64,000 nt of DNA from Candidatus Heimdallarchaeota archaeon (GTDB lineage Archaea; Asgardarchaeota; Heimdallarchaeia; Heimdallarchaeales; Heimdallarchaeaceae). The position numbers were made by a program, and so were the translations under genes. Location: contig JAAFKI010000094.1 in NCBI GenBank assembly GCA_021399345.1, positions 57,561 to 121,560 on the forward strand. Reading direction: 5' to 3'. The number at the start of each line of letters is the position of its first letter. Positions within the stretch are counted from its first letter, which is position 1. The notes under the pieces were generated by a model, which worked only from the letters and a program-made list of their open reading frames with translations, was not told where the DNA came from and did no database searches. Of the stretch, positions 1-9,937 are shown piece by piece.

Positions 1-2
1 TT

Positions 3-182
3 ATCAAGAAAGGGGTAGTCAATGATGGATTACTCAATATGGTAGAAATGGCATTTAGGGCATATGATCCTTGTTTTGCATGTGCTACGCATTCACTTCC
101 AGGTCAAATGCCTTTGGAAGTACAGATTTATTCACATGAAAAAAAATTACTCAAAACCATAAGGAGAGAAGATTCAAAATGA
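3..182 (+). CDS. mvhA: [NiFe]-hydrogenase large subunit (MvhA-type, group 3c), 3' end only
   Basis: Not in the ORF track. Frame 3 reads ...NMVEMAFRAYDPCFACATHSLPGQMPL...EDSK* with the L2 motif DPCxxCxxH plus a cleavable C-terminal extension. TGA at 180-182 overlaps the mvhD ATG (ATGA). Confidence 0.9.
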   Translation: MKKGVVNDGLLNMVEMAFRAYDPCFACATHSLPGQMPLEVQIYSHEKKLLKTIRREDSK

Positions 183-631
183 CCGCAACTGAAACAAAAA
201 CTGAAATGGAGGAGTTTGAACCTAATATAATAGGTTTCTTATGTAATTGGTGCAGTTATGCTGGAGCTGATTTAGCTGGAACCAGCAGGATACAATATCC
301 CCCCAACATTAAGATTATCAAAGTGATGTGTTCTGGAAGAGTAAATCCAATGTATGTTGTTAATGCTCTTCAACAAGGAGCTGATGGTGTTTTAATCGGA
401 GGTTGTCATCCTGGTGATTGTCATTATCAACATGGCAACTTGTTAGCTAGACGACGAATGGCAATTCTGAAGAATCTTCTGGAATTCATTGGGATAGATT
501 CGAGGAGGGTTCGAATGACCTGGGTTAGCGCAGCTGAAGGTAGGAAATTTGCTGAAGTAATTAAAGAAGTTACTGAGGAGATAAAAAAGATTGGTCCAAT
601 GAAAGATATTCAGAGGGTGAATGAATGGTAG
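179..631 (+). CDS. mvhD: Hydrogenase/Hdr iron-sulfur subunit delta (MvhD/FlxD, [2Fe-2S])
   Basis: FLCNWCSYAGAD, MCSGRV, GCHPGDCHY and WVSAAEG motifs. Confidence 0.95.
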   Translation: MTATETKTEMEEFEPNIIGFLCNWCSYAGADLAGTSRIQYPPNIKIIKVMCSGRVNPMYVVNALQQGADGVLIGGCHPGDCHYQHGNLLARRRMAILKNLLEFIGIDSRRVRMTWVSAAEGRKFAEVIKEVTEEIKKIGPMKDIQRVNEW

Positions 632-1608
632 ATCAGCAACTGCTTATAGAGGAAGTTAAGAAAGTTGTATCACGTGATGATGTTAAATATGTTATTGGCT
701 ATAAGAAAGGAACATCTGGTTTTGCAATAAGTCCAGCATTTGCTTATTCCACTGAATATGCAGATAAATTCATCTTTAACCCCTTATGCAAAAAGAATCT
801 TGCTGCTTATCCCCTCTTAGAAGATAAACTTCCTTTGAAACGAGGAGAAGAAGAGGATAAAAGAAAGATAGGCATTGTTGTAAAAGGGTGTGACTCTCGA
901 GCATTGGTTCAGATTATCCAAGAGAAAGGTCTTAAACGTGAGGACTTAGTTATTATTGGCATTCCGTGTTCAGGTATTATTGATCACAAGAAAATTACAG
1001 CAAAATTCCCCAATGAAACATCTTATTCTGCGATAGAAGAAGAGCAAGGATTTTATAAAATTACTATTAATGGAGAAGTTCATGAAATTGCTAAAGAGGA
1101 ACTGTTAGCCGATTACTGTACTAGTTGTATTGCTCCTAATCCTGTAATTTATGATGTACTTATCGGGGAAGAGGTTGAACCTTGGAATTTAGAAGAGCAT
1201 AAGAATCTTGATGTTCTAGAAGAAAAAGATGTTGGAGAGAGATGGGAATACTGGAAAGAACACTTTGATAGATGTATTCGATGCTATGCCTGTAGAGAAG
1301 CATGCCCATTGTGTTATTGTAAGGAATGTATGGCTGATCTTCTTAATCCTCAGTGGATTAGACGATCTGTAAATCTATCAGAAAATACTGCATGGAATAT
1401 TATGCGAGCATATCATCTAGCAGGACGTTGCGTAGGGTGTGGAGAGTGTGAATCTGTTTGTCCTGTAAACATCCCTCTTATGGAACTAAACAAAGAGATT
1501 GAGAAAGACGTGAAAAATATGTTTGAATATTCTGCAGGTATGGACTTGGAAGAAAAACCGTTGTTTGGTACCTTCCGACCTGATGATCCCGAGGAGTTTA
1601 TTATGTGA
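625..1608 (+). CDS. 4Fe-4S protein, FlxC/FrhB-like
   Basis: KGCD motif, CIRCYACREACPLCYC and RCVGCGECESVCP; position between mvhD and the AsrA-like gene. Confidence 0.8.
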   Translation: MVDQQLLIEEVKKVVSRDDVKYVIGYKKGTSGFAISPAFAYSTEYADKFIFNPLCKKNLAAYPLLEDKLPLKRGEEEDKRKIGIVVKGCDSRALVQIIQEKGLKREDLVIIGIPCSGIIDHKKITAKFPNETSYSAIEEEQGFYKITINGEVHEIAKEELLADYCTSCIAPNPVIYDVLIGEEVEPWNLEEHKNLDVLEEKDVGERWEYWKEHFDRCIRCYACREACPLCYCKECMADLLNPQWIRRSVNLSENTAWNIMRAYHLAGRCVGCGECESVCPVNIPLMELNKEIEKDVKNMFEYSAGMDLEEKPLFGTFRPDDPEEFIM

Positions 1609-1614
1609 GGTGTT

Positions 1615-2646
1615 ATGATGGAAACATTAATTTTACAAAAAGACAAACTTACTAAACTGATTGAGAAACTCTCTTCCAGTCATGTTCTATATGGTCCTAT
1701 TGAAGAAAATGGATTTTCATTGTTCAAGCAAATTAGGGATTTCAAGGAACTAAACCTAAAATATCTTCTAACACGTGTCCCTCCAAAATCTCTTATCTTC
1801 AAACAGACAGAGACTCTATTCAAGTTTATACCAGGGAGAAAAGGCACAGTCACTTCGTCAGAAATAAATGAAGAGAAGAGTATAATTTTTGCAATTAGAC
1901 CTTGTGATGCGCGTAGTTTTAAAATACTTGATCCAGTTTTCGAAGGGAATTTTGAAGATCCATTTTACATTTCAAAAAGGAAAAATACTGTTCTAATTGG
2001 ATTAACTTGTAACTCTCCAGAGAAGAATTGTTTCTGCACTTCATTTGATGATAGTCCCGGTTCAACTGAAAATGTTGACATTCTTTTTACAGATTTAGAT
2101 GATAAGTTCTTTGTAGAAGTAGTTACAGAAAAGGGTAAAAATCTGATAAAATCAATAGAAGATGTATTTGAAAAATCTACAAAAAATGATGAAGATTCAA
2201 AGAGAAATATTGTGACCAATTCTGTTGAAAGTATCACAAGAAAAATGGATCTTGATGGATTAGTCCCTAAACTTGATAAGATGTTTGATCACGAATTATG
2301 GCATAATACTGCCCAAAAATGTATTGGATGTGGAATCTGTACTTATTTGTGTCCGACATGTCATTGTTTTGATATGCAAGATGAATCTTCTCTGAGAGAA
2401 GGAGCAAGAATTCGTGTATGGGATTCGTGTATGTATCCTGAATACACTCATCATGCCTCAGGACACAATCCAAGAGCAATAAGAATGAGCAGAGTAAGAA
2501 ATAGGGTTTATCACAAGTTCAGTTATTTCCCTAAGAATGAAGATATCACGGCTTGTACGGGTTGTGGGAGATGTATTGATTATTGTCCTGTAAATATTGA
2601 TATAATTGATGTAATAGAAAAAGTGGGGGTCATAGCAAATGAGTAA
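1615..2646 (+). CDS. 4Fe-4S protein, FlxB/AsrA/HydB-like
   Basis: RPCD, CFC, CIGCGICTYLCPTCHCF, WDSC and CTGCGRCIDYCP motifs. Confidence 0.85.
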   Translation: MMETLILQKDKLTKLIEKLSSSHVLYGPIEENGFSLFKQIRDFKELNLKYLLTRVPPKSLIFKQTETLFKFIPGRKGTVTSSEINEEKSIIFAIRPCDARSFKILDPVFEGNFEDPFYISKRKNTVLIGLTCNSPEKNCFCTSFDDSPGSTENVDILFTDLDDKFFVEVVTEKGKNLIKSIEDVFEKSTKNDEDSKRNIVTNSVESITRKMDLDGLVPKLDKMFDHELWHNTAQKCIGCGICTYLCPTCHCFDMQDESSLREGARIRVWDSCMYPEYTHHASGHNPRAIRMSRVRNRVYHKFSYFPKNEDITACTGCGRCIDYCPVNIDIIDVIEKVGVIANE

Positions 2647-3478
2647 AAACCCATATAGTCCATGGTTAGCTACAATTTCTGGAATTAAACAAGAAGCTGT
2701 TGGTGAGAGACCTATTAAGACTTTCAAATTAGTTTTGGAAGACGAAGAAATAAGGAATAATTTCTCTTTTATTCCAGGTCAGTGTATTATGGTTAGTCTT
2801 TTTGGCACTGGTGAATGTTTCTTTGCTATTTCTTCTTCACCAACTCAAAAGGAATACATAGAAGTGAGCGTTCTAAAATTGGGTAAAGTAACAACTGAGT
2901 TGCACCAATATGAACCTGGAGATTCAGTAGGATTGAGAGGTCCTTATGGTAATCACTTCAATGTGAAAGAGTGGGAAGGAAAGAATTTGTTATTTATTGG
3001 AGGAGGAATCGGTCAAGCTCCACTTCGTTCAATAATTAATTTCGCTCTAGATAAACGAGAAAAATATGCAAATTTAGACATTATTTATGGAGCGAGAAGT
3101 ACAAATGATTTGTGCTATAAAGAAGAATTCGCAGAATTAGGAAAGAGAGATGATGTAAATATCCATCTATCTATAGATGTTGAAGAAGAGGGGTGGAATG
3201 AATATGTTGGATTTGTTCCTGATAATCTAAAAAGATTGAATCCAACTCCAGACAATACTATAGCGATAACGTGCGGACCTCCAATAATGATCAAATATGT
3301 AATTCAGAATTTAGAGGATCTTGGATTTGAAGATGACCAAATTTTCACGACTCTAGAAATGAGAATGAAATGTGGAATAGGCATTTGTGGAAGATGTAAC
3401 ATAGGCAATCTCTATGTTTGTAAAGATGGTCCAGTATTTTCATATGGACAACTGAGAAATCTAGAAGGAGATATGTGA
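2639..3478 (+). CDS. FAD/NAD(P)-binding oxidoreductase with [2Fe-2S], FlxA/AsrB/HydG-like
   Basis: RGPYGN, GGGIGQAP, CGPPIM and MKCGIGICGRC...VCKDGPVF. Confidence 0.9.
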   Translation: MSKNPYSPWLATISGIKQEAVGERPIKTFKLVLEDEEIRNNFSFIPGQCIMVSLFGTGECFFAISSSPTQKEYIEVSVLKLGKVTTELHQYEPGDSVGLRGPYGNHFNVKEWEGKNLLFIGGGIGQAPLRSIINFALDKREKYANLDIIYGARSTNDLCYKEEFAELGKRDDVNIHLSIDVEEEGWNEYVGFVPDNLKRLNPTPDNTIAITCGPPIMIKYVIQNLEDLGFEDDQIFTTLEMRMKCGIGICGRCNIGNLYVCKDGPVFSYGQLRNLEGDM

Positions 3479-3491
3479 AGGTGGTATAATA

Positions 3492-5438
3492 ATGAAGATA
3501 GGAGTTTACGTATGCGAATGTGGTATTAATATTAGTGCTACAGTAAATGTACCTGAAGTTGTAGAGAGAATTAAAACACTCCCGAATGTAGAAAGCAGCC
3601 GTTATAGTAAGTACATTTGTTCTGATTCTGGGCAAGAGTTAATTAGAAAAGACATTAGAGAGCTGAATCTAGATAGAGTTGTGGTTGCTTCTTGTTCTCC
3701 TAGAATGCATGAACCAACATTTAGAGGAGTTGTTGAAGAAGAAGGAATGAATCCATATTGCCTTGAGATGGTTAATATTAGAGAACATGTTTCATGGGTA
3801 CATTCTGATAAAGAAAGAGCTACAGAGAAAGCAATAAAACTAATTTCTGGTGCTGTTGCTAGAGCACAATTTCTCGAACCATTAGAACGTAAGGAAGTAA
3901 GTGTTATTCCCAAATCATTGGTTATTGGTGGAGGTATAGCGGGTATTCAAGCTGCTTTAGAGATTGCAATTGATGGGTTTCAGGTCTATCTTGTTGATCG
4001 AAATCCAAGTATTGGCGGAAGAATGGCTCAATTAGATAAGACTTTTCCAACCTTAGATTGTTCAGCATGTATTCTGGCACCTAAAATGGTGGATGCTGCA
4101 AGACACCCAAATATAGAACTCCTGACCTATTCAGAAATTGAGAAAGTTGATGGTTATATTGGTAATTTCAAAGTTACAGTCAAAAAGAAACCAAGATATG
4201 TAGATATCGAGAAATGTGTTGGGTGTGGACTCTGCGCTGAAGCATGTAGATTAAAAGGACGAGTTCTTAATGAATTTGATGAGAACCTAAGTAAAAGAAG
4301 CGCAATTTATATCCCATTTCCTCAAGCCGTTCCTTTTGTGTACACTATAGATCCGGAACGTTGCAATATGTTAAAATTTGGGAAATGTGGAGATGAACTA
4401 CTTTGTGTTGGTGCTTGTGAACAAAATGCAATTAATTTTGATCAGAAAGAAGAATTAGTGGAACTAGATGTTGGAACTATTGTTGTTGCAACAGGTTTTG
4501 ATAATTTTGATCCATCATCAGAATTGAAGTATGGCTATAAGGAAAATGCAAGCGTAATAACAGGAATGGAATTTGAGAGAATTGTTAACGCTGCAGGTCC
4601 TACTGAAGGACATCTTGAAATTAATGGAAAAGAACCTGAGAATGTAGTATTTATCCAATGTGTTGGTTCTCGAGATAAAGAAGGACATGAATACTGCTCA
4701 AGAGTCTGCTGTATGTATACTGCTAAACAAGCACACATGGTCAGAGATAAATATCCCGATTCAAAAATAGCAGTTTATTTCACAGATGTTAGAGCTTTTG
4801 GTAAAGGGTTTGAGGAATTTTATAATAGAGTTAAAGATGAAGATGTTGAATACAGAAGAAGAGAATTAGATGATCCAATTCAAGTGGTCGGTAATGAAGG
4901 AGGAGTAATTGTTAAAGCTGAAGGTCATCCTGACATTCATGCAGACTTGGTTGTGTTAGCAACAGGTTTGGTACCTAGAAAGGATAACAAAGAGCTAGCT
5001 AGAAAACTTAATATCAGCTTGAGCGCTGACGGTTTCCTTTTAGAAGCTCATCCAAAGCTCCGTCCTTTAGATACTTTTACAGATGGAATTTTCATAGCAG
5101 GTTGTTGTCAGAGTCCTAAAGACATACCAGATACAGTTGCACAAGCAAGTGGAGCAGCAGTTAGAGCAGCAGCTCCTTTAGCTCAAGGTAAAGCTCAAGT
5201 TGAGGCCATTACTGCTACGATAAATGATGATTTGTGCAGTGGATGTCGTATTTGTGAGAAACTATGTGCTTATTCTGCTTTAGAATTTTCCAGTGATGAT
5301 AAAATCATGAAGATAAATGATGTCTTGTGTAAAGGCTGTGGTTCATGTGCAGCTGCTTGTCCAACGGGTGCAATAAAAATGAAACACTATAGCAATAAGC
5401 AAGTCCTTGCTCAAATCGGGGGTATTTTAGCTAAATAG
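3492..5438 (+). CDS. hdrA: Heterodisulfide reductase subunit A
   Basis: VYVCECG, ASCSPR, GGGIAG, KTFPTLDCSACI, QCVGSR...CSRVCC and C-terminal ferredoxin motifs. Confidence 0.95.
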   Translation: MKIGVYVCECGINISATVNVPEVVERIKTLPNVESSRYSKYICSDSGQELIRKDIRELNLDRVVVASCSPRMHEPTFRGVVEEEGMNPYCLEMVNIREHVSWVHSDKERATEKAIKLISGAVARAQFLEPLERKEVSVIPKSLVIGGGIAGIQAALEIAIDGFQVYLVDRNPSIGGRMAQLDKTFPTLDCSACILAPKMVDAARHPNIELLTYSEIEKVDGYIGNFKVTVKKKPRYVDIEKCVGCGLCAEACRLKGRVLNEFDENLSKRSAIYIPFPQAVPFVYTIDPERCNMLKFGKCGDELLCVGACEQNAINFDQKEELVELDVGTIVVATGFDNFDPSSELKYGYKENASVITGMEFERIVNAAGPTEGHLEINGKEPENVVFIQCVGSRDKEGHEYCSRVCCMYTAKQAHMVRDKYPDSKIAVYFTDVRAFGKGFEEFYNRVKDEDVEYRRRELDDPIQVVGNEGGVIVKAEGHPDIHADLVVLATGLVPRKDNKELARKLNISLSADGFLLEAHPKLRPLDTFTDGIFIAGCCQSPKDIPDTVAQASGAAVRAAAPLAQGKAQVEAITATINDDLCSGCRICEKLCAYSALEFSSDDKIMKINDVLCKGCGSCAAACPTGAIKMKHYSNKQVLAQIGGILAK

Positions 5439-5450
5439 GAGAGGAATATT

Positions 5451-8400
5451 ATGAAATTAGGAGTTTACGTATGCGAATGTGGTATTAACATTAGTGCAAC
5501 AGTTGACGTTGAGAAAGTTGCTGAAGTTGCGAAAGATTTTCCGAATGTAGAAGTTAGTAGATTTTACAAGTACATGTGTTCAGAACCAGGTCAAGAACTT
5601 ATCAAACAAGACATTGACAATCTTGGGTTAGATCGTATTGTAGTAGCTTCTTGTTCTCCTAGAATGCATGAACCAACATTTAGAGCTGTTGTTGAAGAAA
5701 AAGGAATGAATCCATATTGCCTTGAAATGGTTAATATTAGAGAACAAGATTCATGGGTACATAAAGATAAAGAAAAAGGAACGGAGAAAGCAATTTCATT
5801 GGTAAGAAGTGGAGTTCTCAAAGCATCTCTTCTAAAACCTCTGATTAAGAAAAAAGTAGGGGTAACTCCAAATGCTCTTGTTATAGGTGGTGGAATAGCA
5901 GGTATTCAAGCTGCTTTAGATATTGGAAATATGGGTTTTCACACATATTTAGTCGAAAAAACACCTAGTATTGGAGGAAGAATGGCTCAATTAGATAAGA
6001 CTTTTCCAACCTTAGATTGTTCAGCATGTATTTTAACACCAAAAATGGTAGATGTAGCTCGTCATCCAAATGTAGAGCTTATGACCTATTCTGAGATAGA
6101 AAAAGTTGAAGGATTTGCAGGTAATTTCAAAGTTTCAGTAAAAAAGAAGCCACGTTTTGTAGATGTAAACAAATGTACTGCGTGTGGTGACTGTGTAGAA
6201 AATTGTCCTGTAATAGAGCTGGATGATTATAATGAAAATATGACGACTAGAAAAGCAATCTACATACCTTTTCCTCAAGCTGTTCCTAAGAAATACGTTA
6301 TTGCTAAATTAGAGGAATACTCTCCATGTAAAGCAACATGTCCTGCAAGTAATAATGCTCAAGGATACGTTCAGCTTATAGGAGTGGGAAAATTTAAGGA
6401 ATCTCTAGAAGTAATCCGCGATAAAAATCCCTTTCCCTCAGTTTGTGGTAGGGTTTGTCATCATCCTTGTGAAGAGGTTTGTAAAAGAGCCGAAATTGAT
6501 GAACCTGTATCAATAATGCAATTAAAAAGATTCGCTGCAGATTATAACAGATTACATGATGAACCTCCTCCAGAAGTTATAGAACCTACAAAAGAAGAGA
6601 AAATAGCTATTATTGGAGCTGGACCTTCAGGACTTTCCTGTGCTATTAGATTACTTGAGCAAGGATATCCTGTAACTGTCTATGATGAAGCAGATATACC
6701 TGGGGGGATTATGACAAGTTGTCTTCCTTCTTATCGTCTTCCTCCAGATTTAGCATTATATGATATAAACCGATTATTAGACCAAGGAATAGATTTGATA
6801 AAAAACATTAAAGTTGGAAAAGATATTTCTTTTGATGAAATTAAGAATAAGTATGATGCTGTCTTCGTAGGAATTGGAGCTCAACTCCCTGCTGTTCTAG
6901 AAGTTGAAGGATCTGGTGTTTCAGGAATTCTAGAAGGAATAACTTTCCTAAAGGATGCGAAAAAGGGGATAAAAACACCAGAATTTGGAGAAAAAATTAT
7001 TGTTATTGGTGGTGGAAACGTAGCGATGGATAGTGCTAAAGTTGCACTACGAATGGGAGCAAAAGAAGTCAATGTTGTTTGTCTAGAGACGAGAGATTTA
7101 GCTTTGAAAGATAGAATGCCTGCTGACATATGGGAAATAGAAGAATCAGAAGAGGAAGGTGTAATTTTCTATAATGAACTAGGTCCCAAAAAGATACTTA
7201 GCAAGAAAGGAAAAGTTACAGGTTTAGAAACCATAATTTGTATTTCAGTTTATGAAGAAGATGGTTCATTCAGACCAGAATTTCATGATGATCCTTCTCC
7301 TGTTATTGAAGGTGATACTATTATCTTTGCTATAGGACAGAAATCTGATCTAACAGGTTTTGAGGAAATTGAGACAAATCCTGGTGGTAGAACAATAAAG
7401 ATTGATCCTATAACCTTTGAAACAAATATTCCAGGAATATTTGCAGGGGGAGACATTGTCCCAGGTGTACCATCTGTAGTCAATGCAATAGGAATGGGTG
7501 CCGAAGCTGCAATTTCAATTGACAGATATCTACGAAAAGTTGACATTAAGGAAGGTAGGGTTAGAGATATAACTAAGATAGATTTTGTCAGACTTGATAA
7601 AGAGAAACGTCCTAGAGCGAAAATGAAACGCGCTCCTGTTGAGGAAAGAATAAAGGATTTCCGAGAAATTGATTTAGGATATACTGAGGAAGAAGCTGTT
7701 CAAGAGGCACTAAGATGTATCTCTTGTTCGATCTGTTCTGAATGTATGCAATGTGTTGAAACATGTGAAGCAGAAGCTATAATTCATGATCAAGAAGTTG
7801 AATATGTTGAACTAGACATAGGAGCAATAGTTGTTGCAACAGGATTTGACAATTATGACCCAAGTAACAAACCTGAATATGGATATGGTCAAACTTCAAA
7901 TGTTCTTACAGGTATGGAATTTGAAAGATTAGTTTCAGCTTCAGGACCAACAGTTGGTCATATTGAGATCAATGGAAAAGAACCCGAGAATGTAGTTTTT
8001 ATCCAATGCGTTGGTTCAAGGGATAAAGAAGGACATAAATACTGCTCAAGAGTCTGCTGTATGTATACAGCTAAACAAGCTCATATGGTAAGAGACAAAT
8101 TACCAAATTCTAAATTGACTGTTTATAACACAGATGTTAGAGCATTTGGGAAAGGATTCGAGGAATTCTATAATAGAGTACAAGCTGAAGATGTTGAATA
8201 CAGAAGAAGAGAATTAGATGATTCAATTCAAGTGGTCGGTAATGAAAAGGGAGTTATTGTCAAAGCAGAAGGACATCCAGATATTCATGCAGATCTTGTT
8301 GTATTAGCAACTGGTTTAATCCCTAGAGAAGATTCCAAAGAACTATCTAGGTTATTGAATATTAGCATGAGTGAAGATGGATTTTACTTAGAAGCTCATC

Positions 8401-8804
8401 CAAAGCTCCGACCTGTAGATACTTTTACAGATGGTGTTTTCTTAGCAGGATGCTGCCAAAGCCCCAAAGATATACCTGATACAGTAGCTCAAGCTAGTAG
8501 TGCTGCATCAAGAGCATGTAATATACTCTCACAAAAAGAATTGGAAATAGAAGCAACAATTGCTCATGTTGATGAGAGTTTGTGTAGAGGATGTGGACTC
8601 TGCGTTGAATCATGTCCGTATTCAGCAATAGAACTCAAGATAATTAATCAATTCGGATACGAAACTGAAGTGGCAAGTGTTAATGAAGCCTTATGTAAAG
8701 GATGTGGAAGTTGTGCAGCAGCTTGTTTGAATGGTGCGATTAACCATCTTGGATACACTGATCATCAAATACTTGCACAAATAAAAGCATTAGGAGAAAA
8801 ATAA
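5451..8804 (+). CDS. hdrA: HdrL-type protein: HdrA with an inserted GltD/SudA-like NAD(P)H:FAD oxidoreductase module
   Basis: HdrA N- and C-terminal halves flank PCKATCP...CGRVCHHPCE, IIGAGPSG and IGGGNVAMD (GltD-like). Confidence 0.9.
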   Translation: MKLGVYVCECGINISATVDVEKVAEVAKDFPNVEVSRFYKYMCSEPGQELIKQDIDNLGLDRIVVASCSPRMHEPTFRAVVEEKGMNPYCLEMVNIREQDSWVHKDKEKGTEKAISLVRSGVLKASLLKPLIKKKVGVTPNALVIGGGIAGIQAALDIGNMGFHTYLVEKTPSIGGRMAQLDKTFPTLDCSACILTPKMVDVARHPNVELMTYSEIEKVEGFAGNFKVSVKKKPRFVDVNKCTACGDCVENCPVIELDDYNENMTTRKAIYIPFPQAVPKKYVIAKLEEYSPCKATCPASNNAQGYVQLIGVGKFKESLEVIRDKNPFPSVCGRVCHHPCEEVCKRAEIDEPVSIMQLKRFAADYNRLHDEPPPEVIEPTKEEKIAIIGAGPSGLSCAIRLLEQGYPVTVYDEADIPGGIMTSCLPSYRLPPDLALYDINRLLDQGIDLIKNIKVGKDISFDEIKNKYDAVFVGIGAQLPAVLEVEGSGVSGILEGITFLKDAKKGIKTPEFGEKIIVIGGGNVAMDSAKVALRMGAKEVNVVCLETRDLALKDRMPADIWEIEESEEEGVIFYNELGPKKILSKKGKVTGLETIICISVYEEDGSFRPEFHDDPSPVIEGDTIIFAIGQKSDLTGFEEIETNPGGRTIKIDPITFETNIPGIFAGGDIVPGVPSVVNAIGMGAEAAISIDRYLRKVDIKEGRVRDITKIDFVRLDKEKRPRAKMKRAPVEERIKDFREIDLGYTEEEAVQEALRCISCSICSECMQCVETCEAEAIIHDQEVEYVELDIGAIVVATGFDNYDPSNKPEYGYGQTSNVLTGMEFERLVSASGPTVGHIEINGKEPENVVFIQCVGSRDKEGHKYCSRVCCMYTAKQAHMVRDKLPNSKLTVYNTDVRAFGKGFEEFYNRVQAEDVEYRRRELDDSIQVVGNEKGVIVKAEGHPDIHADLVVLATGLIPREDSKELSRLLNISMSEDGFYLEAHPKLRPVDTFTDGVFLAGCCQSPKDIPDTVAQASSAASRACNILSQKELEIEATIAHVDESLCRGCGLCVESCPYSAIELKIINQFGYETEVASVNEALCKGCGSCAAACLNGAINHLGYTDHQILAQIKALGEK

Positions 8805-8807
8805 AGG

Positions 8808-9302
8808 TTGAGATCAATAATAATAGGATTAGGAAACCCTATAGTAGGAGACGATGCTATTGGCATCAAAGTTATGGAGCACATTAGGGACACGTTTTCT
8901 CCTATAAAAAATACTGAAATCTTGGCTGATATATCTATTGCAGGTTTGGGGTTAGTGGAATTGATTCGAGGATATGACAGCGTTATACTTGTAGATTCAA
9001 TTCAAACAGGAAAGAATTCAGTAGGAACAGTAATACAGCTTCGACCTGAAGAATTTTCACTTGCTTCACATACTTCGCATTATCACAACATAGATATCTT
9101 TACAGCTTTGGAATTTAGTAATCAAATATATGACGATGTTCCAAAGGATATCAAAATCATCGGGATAGAAATCATGAATCCTATGGAGTTTAGTGATGAA
9201 TTATCATTTGAACTCCAAAATAAGTTTGAAGGAATCGTTAATCAAGTTTATCAAACAATCATTCAAGAATTAAAAGAGGAAATAACAGCAAATATCGTAT
9301 GA
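8808..9302 (+). CDS. Hydrogenase maturation protease (HycI/HyaD family)
   Basis: IGLGNPIVGDDAIG, ILVD and SHYH motifs; TTG start. Confidence 0.9.
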   Translation: MRSIIIGLGNPIVGDDAIGIKVMEHIRDTFSPIKNTEILADISIAGLGLVELIRGYDSVILVDSIQTGKNSVGTVIQLRPEEFSLASHTSHYHNIDIFTALEFSNQIYDDVPKDIKIIGIEIMNPMEFSDELSFELQNKFEGIVNQVYQTIIQELKEEITANIV

Positions 9303-9341
9303 AGATAACAAATTCAGTATAAATAATAAAGGAGAAAAAAA

Positions 9342-9758
9342 ATGGAAGATTATGAACCCAATATTATCGGCTTTCTATGTAATTGGTGCGCATATGCTGG
9401 CGCCGATCTAGCTGGAACTAGTAGAATTAAATACCCGCCTAACATTAAAATAATCCGAGTCATGTGTTCAGGGAGAATTGATCCAGTATTTGTTCTAGAA
9501 TCATTTAGAAAAGGAGCAGATGGCGTATTAATCGGAGCTTGTCATTTTGGTGAGTGCCACTATAAATCTGGAAATCATAAAGCTAGTCGACGAATAAAAC
9601 TCACAAAGAAATTTTTGGAAGAGATGGGAATTAATCCTAATAGAGTTAGATTTGAGTTTGTCTCTGCCTCAGAAGGACATAAATTTGCAGAAGTTGTAAC
9701 AGAATTTGTAGACGAACTAAAAAAACTTGGCCCTCTTTCTCTACAGCTGATTCAATAA
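9342..9758 (+). CDS. mvhD: Second MvhD/FlxD-like [2Fe-2S] subunit
   Basis: FLCNWCAYAGAD, MCSGRI and ACHFGECHY; GGAG Shine-Dalgarno upstream. Confidence 0.95.
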   Translation: MEDYEPNIIGFLCNWCAYAGADLAGTSRIKYPPNIKIIRVMCSGRIDPVFVLESFRKGADGVLIGACHFGECHYKSGNHKASRRIKLTKKFLEEMGINPNRVRFEFVSASEGHKFAEVVTEFVDELKKLGPLSLQLIQ

Positions 9759-9937
9759 CTTAAGGTAATTGTTATAGATATAAATCACCAGTTTTTTACC
9801 TATATATTTCTGTTATTTTTATAACCTTACTTTTGTTTAATTAGCGTCATCAACATTAGTATAGGCATGCTCAGACAATTACATTTATAGTATAATGCTT
9901 TGAGTTTGATACAATTTTGAAAAAAATCGGTGAACCT

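Noticed and set aside
1413-7546. Short antisense ORFs within the flx/hdr genes, and similar shadow ORFs across the window (e.g. 39525, 41337, 53475, 62665)
   Set aside because: They lie opposite well-supported genes and show no motifs
3-9758. Selenocysteine recoding in MvhA, MvhD or HdrA
   Set aside because: All relevant positions are Cys codons (DPCFAC, TLDCSAC) and the ORFs have no in-frame TGA
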